17,560 nucleotides of DNA from an uncultured archaeon (GTDB lineage: Archaea > Asgardarchaeota > Thorarchaeia > Thorarchaeales > Thorarchaeaceae), in the NCBI GenBank assembly GCA_964631415.1, contig CAZVZC010000040.1:1-17560 (forward strand). The letters are read 5' to 3'. Positions 15,887 to 17,560 of the stretch are shown in pieces. A model generated the notes under the pieces. It searched no databases, was not told where the DNA came from, and saw nothing but the letters and a program-made list of their open reading frames with translations. Every line of letters starts with the position of its first letter. The stretch's first letter is position 1. The position numbers and the translations under genes were made by a program.

Positions 15887-16230
15887 GAGAATCATCTCTC
15901 ACATTATAGGACTGCCACATCACTGGCGAGAGATAAACTTCTCCAATGGTAGCTCATAGGAGGCGAAGTCCTCACTCATCTGACTGCATACTCCTGCATG
16001 TGATACTCTCCGTGACGCCCCCACACACCACTTTCATCCTGATGTCCGTTTGTTAAGTCTGGCGACAGTGCGTTTGCCTGTGCGTCTCTCAGTCTGTGGT
16101 CGACAGGCGACACACACTCCGGTGCCCCCTCGCATGTGACGAAAGGGAGCCTCCACGGACCACCTAGAGATAGTGTCAGATACGACTGCGACTTATATGT
16201 GAAGAACGCGGAGGTTCGTTTGTGGAGCAA

Positions 16231-16659
16231 ATGGCTATCCAATCGGGTGTGTCCCATAGCATGGAATTGGTCAGTGACTACATACTTGTAAGAAAACCCG
16301 CATTGCCTCGATGGTGGGACCCCGTATCTAGACCCCATGTAGCCGTCATTATTGAGGACCCTGCCTCTGGCCGCGTCCAGAAGTACTACCTGTCGCAAGG
16401 CGGTCAACCAGCACCAGACGGCCGCACGCCTCTTGAGGTCAACGACATAGACGGGCTCCCAGACGGCACATTGCTTGAGGTCAGGTTCAATGCGACGAAG
16501 GCCAACCTGTTCAGACTTGAGATGATGGACTGCGTACCGTGTTGGAGATGGGTCGGCCGCTGCAGAGGGCTGCCGGGTTTTGATTCTGATGGGATCGACT
16601 GGACACATCTCATGGACGGCATCGAGCTCTATCACCTCAATGGTTTTGTCGCGAACTAG
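16231..16659 (+). CDS. Hypothetical protein
   Basis: 142-aa ORF with natural composition, TTATAT at 16193-16198 upstream and a CVPC-x6-C motif. No family recognised. Confidence 0.6.
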   Translation: MAIQSGVSHSMELVSDYILVRKPALPRWWDPVSRPHVAVIIEDPASGRVQKYYLSQGGQPAPDGRTPLEVNDIDGLPDGTLLEVRFNATKANLFRLEMMDCVPCWRWVGRCRGLPGFDSDGIDWTHLMDGIELYHLNGFVAN

Positions 16660-16899
16660 AGGCTATCTGACAAGGACCGGTTTCACACTTGCTATCCTTG
16701 TTGTTATCGTCATCCTCAGAAGAGGCTTTTCAGGGCCAACCATTGTGCCATGTACCTGTTCATAATGCTCTTGGTTTCAAAGAACAGCATTGATGCTGGA
16801 ATCTCCTTGCTTTGAAAGGGGCCTTATTATACAGGCTGAGTTGGTGTCACACTCGGCCGGCTAGGAAACCAGTCGCATAAGCACAGGGAGTGAGAAGAG

Positions 16900-17560
16900 A
16901 TGTCGGGCGAATCCGAGATTCTTCAGAAGCACTTTGACGACACAGTCGTGATGTCACATCGCTATCGAGTGCCATCAGGCAAACGCGATGCAGTGACTGA
17001 GAAGGCCAGGCAATTCATAGAGGAGTTCGGCAAGGACGAGAAGCATCCTCTCGTCGTGGTGCTGGACTGGGGTACAATATTCGACAACCAGTATGACATT
17101 GAGATCTGCAAGCCGGCGAAGAAGAAATCCTCTTGGAAGGGGGTTTCGACGAAGACTCTACAGGGCGGCGATGCCTTCACAATGATGCATACTGGATCTC
17201 CTGATGGACTCAAGGAGAAGTACCAGAAACTCATAGCACACATGAAAGAGCGCGGTCTCCGAACATGGGAGTCCGGGAGAGAGATCTATCACGTATTCGA
17301 TTCTGCCCACCCGGAGAAGAATCAGGTCGAGATAGTGTTCATGATACATGATTGGACCGGGATGCTCAAGAGCGGACTCGAGCGTGTGGCGGGCAGAGGG
17401 GTCGCTGACAGGGTCATGGCTGAGGCTCTCGGCTTCACGTTTGAAACCAAGCACCCAGAGAGGAGAGAATGGGTCGGTGGAATGGTTGAGCGGATGGACC
17501 GTTTCCTGGATGAGAAACAGAAGTATGAAGTCCTGTCCTGTTGCGCAGACAAGTTCCCTG
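16900..17560 (+). CDS. GyrI-like small-molecule-binding domain protein with additional C-terminal domain (partial)
   Basis: Manually translated and open to the window end: MSGESEILQKHF...DIEICKP...FTMMHTGSPDGLKEKYQKL...REIYH...VEIVFMIHDW...LSCCADKFP. SD GGGAGTGA, and TTATTATA at 16824-16831. Confidence 0.8.
   Translation, partial: MSGESEILQKHFDDTVVMSHRYRVPSGKRDAVTEKARQFIEEFGKDEKHPLVVVLDWGTIFDNQYDIEICKPAKKKSSWKGVSTKTLQGGDAFTMMHTGSPDGLKEKYQKLIAHMKERGLRTWESGREIYHVFDSAHPEKNQVEIVFMIHDWTGMLKSGLERVAGRGVADRVMAEALGFTFETKHPERREWVGGMVERMDRFLDEKQKYEVLSCCADKFP

Noticed and set aside
13303-15952. Long antisense ORFs over serA and ychF
   Set aside because: They are shadow frames of well-conserved genes.
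16039-16150. Hammerhead ribozyme (CTGATG ... GACGAAA)
   Set aside because: The core reads CUGAUGU rather than CUGANGA, and no compatible stem II or III was found.
15976-16635. 219-aa minus-strand ORF
   Set aside because: It is antisense to the 16231 ORF, which has a TATA element and more natural composition. No motifs.
1-17560. tRNA, rRNA, CRISPR array, transposase or integrase
   Set aside because: No cloverleaf, regularly spaced repeats or recombinase motifs were seen by eye.

Overview
Gene-dense window from an anaerobic archaeon. The rpl15e, DUF54, rpp30 and pop5 cluster, an archaeal-type YchF, TATA-box promoters and GGAGG/GGTGA Shine-Dalgarno (SD) sites all point to Archaea. An Asgard/Thorarchaeia-like origin is my unverified inference. 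Left part: a partial DinB-like gene, an Fpg/Nei glycosylase, a cupin, flavodiiron protein FprA, an alpha/beta hydrolase and a membrane-anchored hypothetical. Centre (4785-9227): a metal(loid) homeostasis region. A PadR regulator with an N-terminal CCPPSCC motif is divergent from arsenite methyltransferase arsM, and the two share a TATA element flanked by two matching palindromes (TATYGG-N4-CCRATA). After arsM comes an unannotated 42-aa Cys-containing ORF, in frame with arsM past its amber stop, then an orphan mvhD, a His-rich MFS transporter and an FTR1 iron permease. Right part: an HD hydrolase, a JAMM metalloprotease, the rpl15e/RNase P cluster with a structured rpl15e leader, SerA, a flavin reductase, YchF, a hypothetical and a partial GyrI-like fusion protein. 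No tRNA, rRNA, CRISPR array or mobile element was seen. All family calls come from motif recognition by eye, not database searches.
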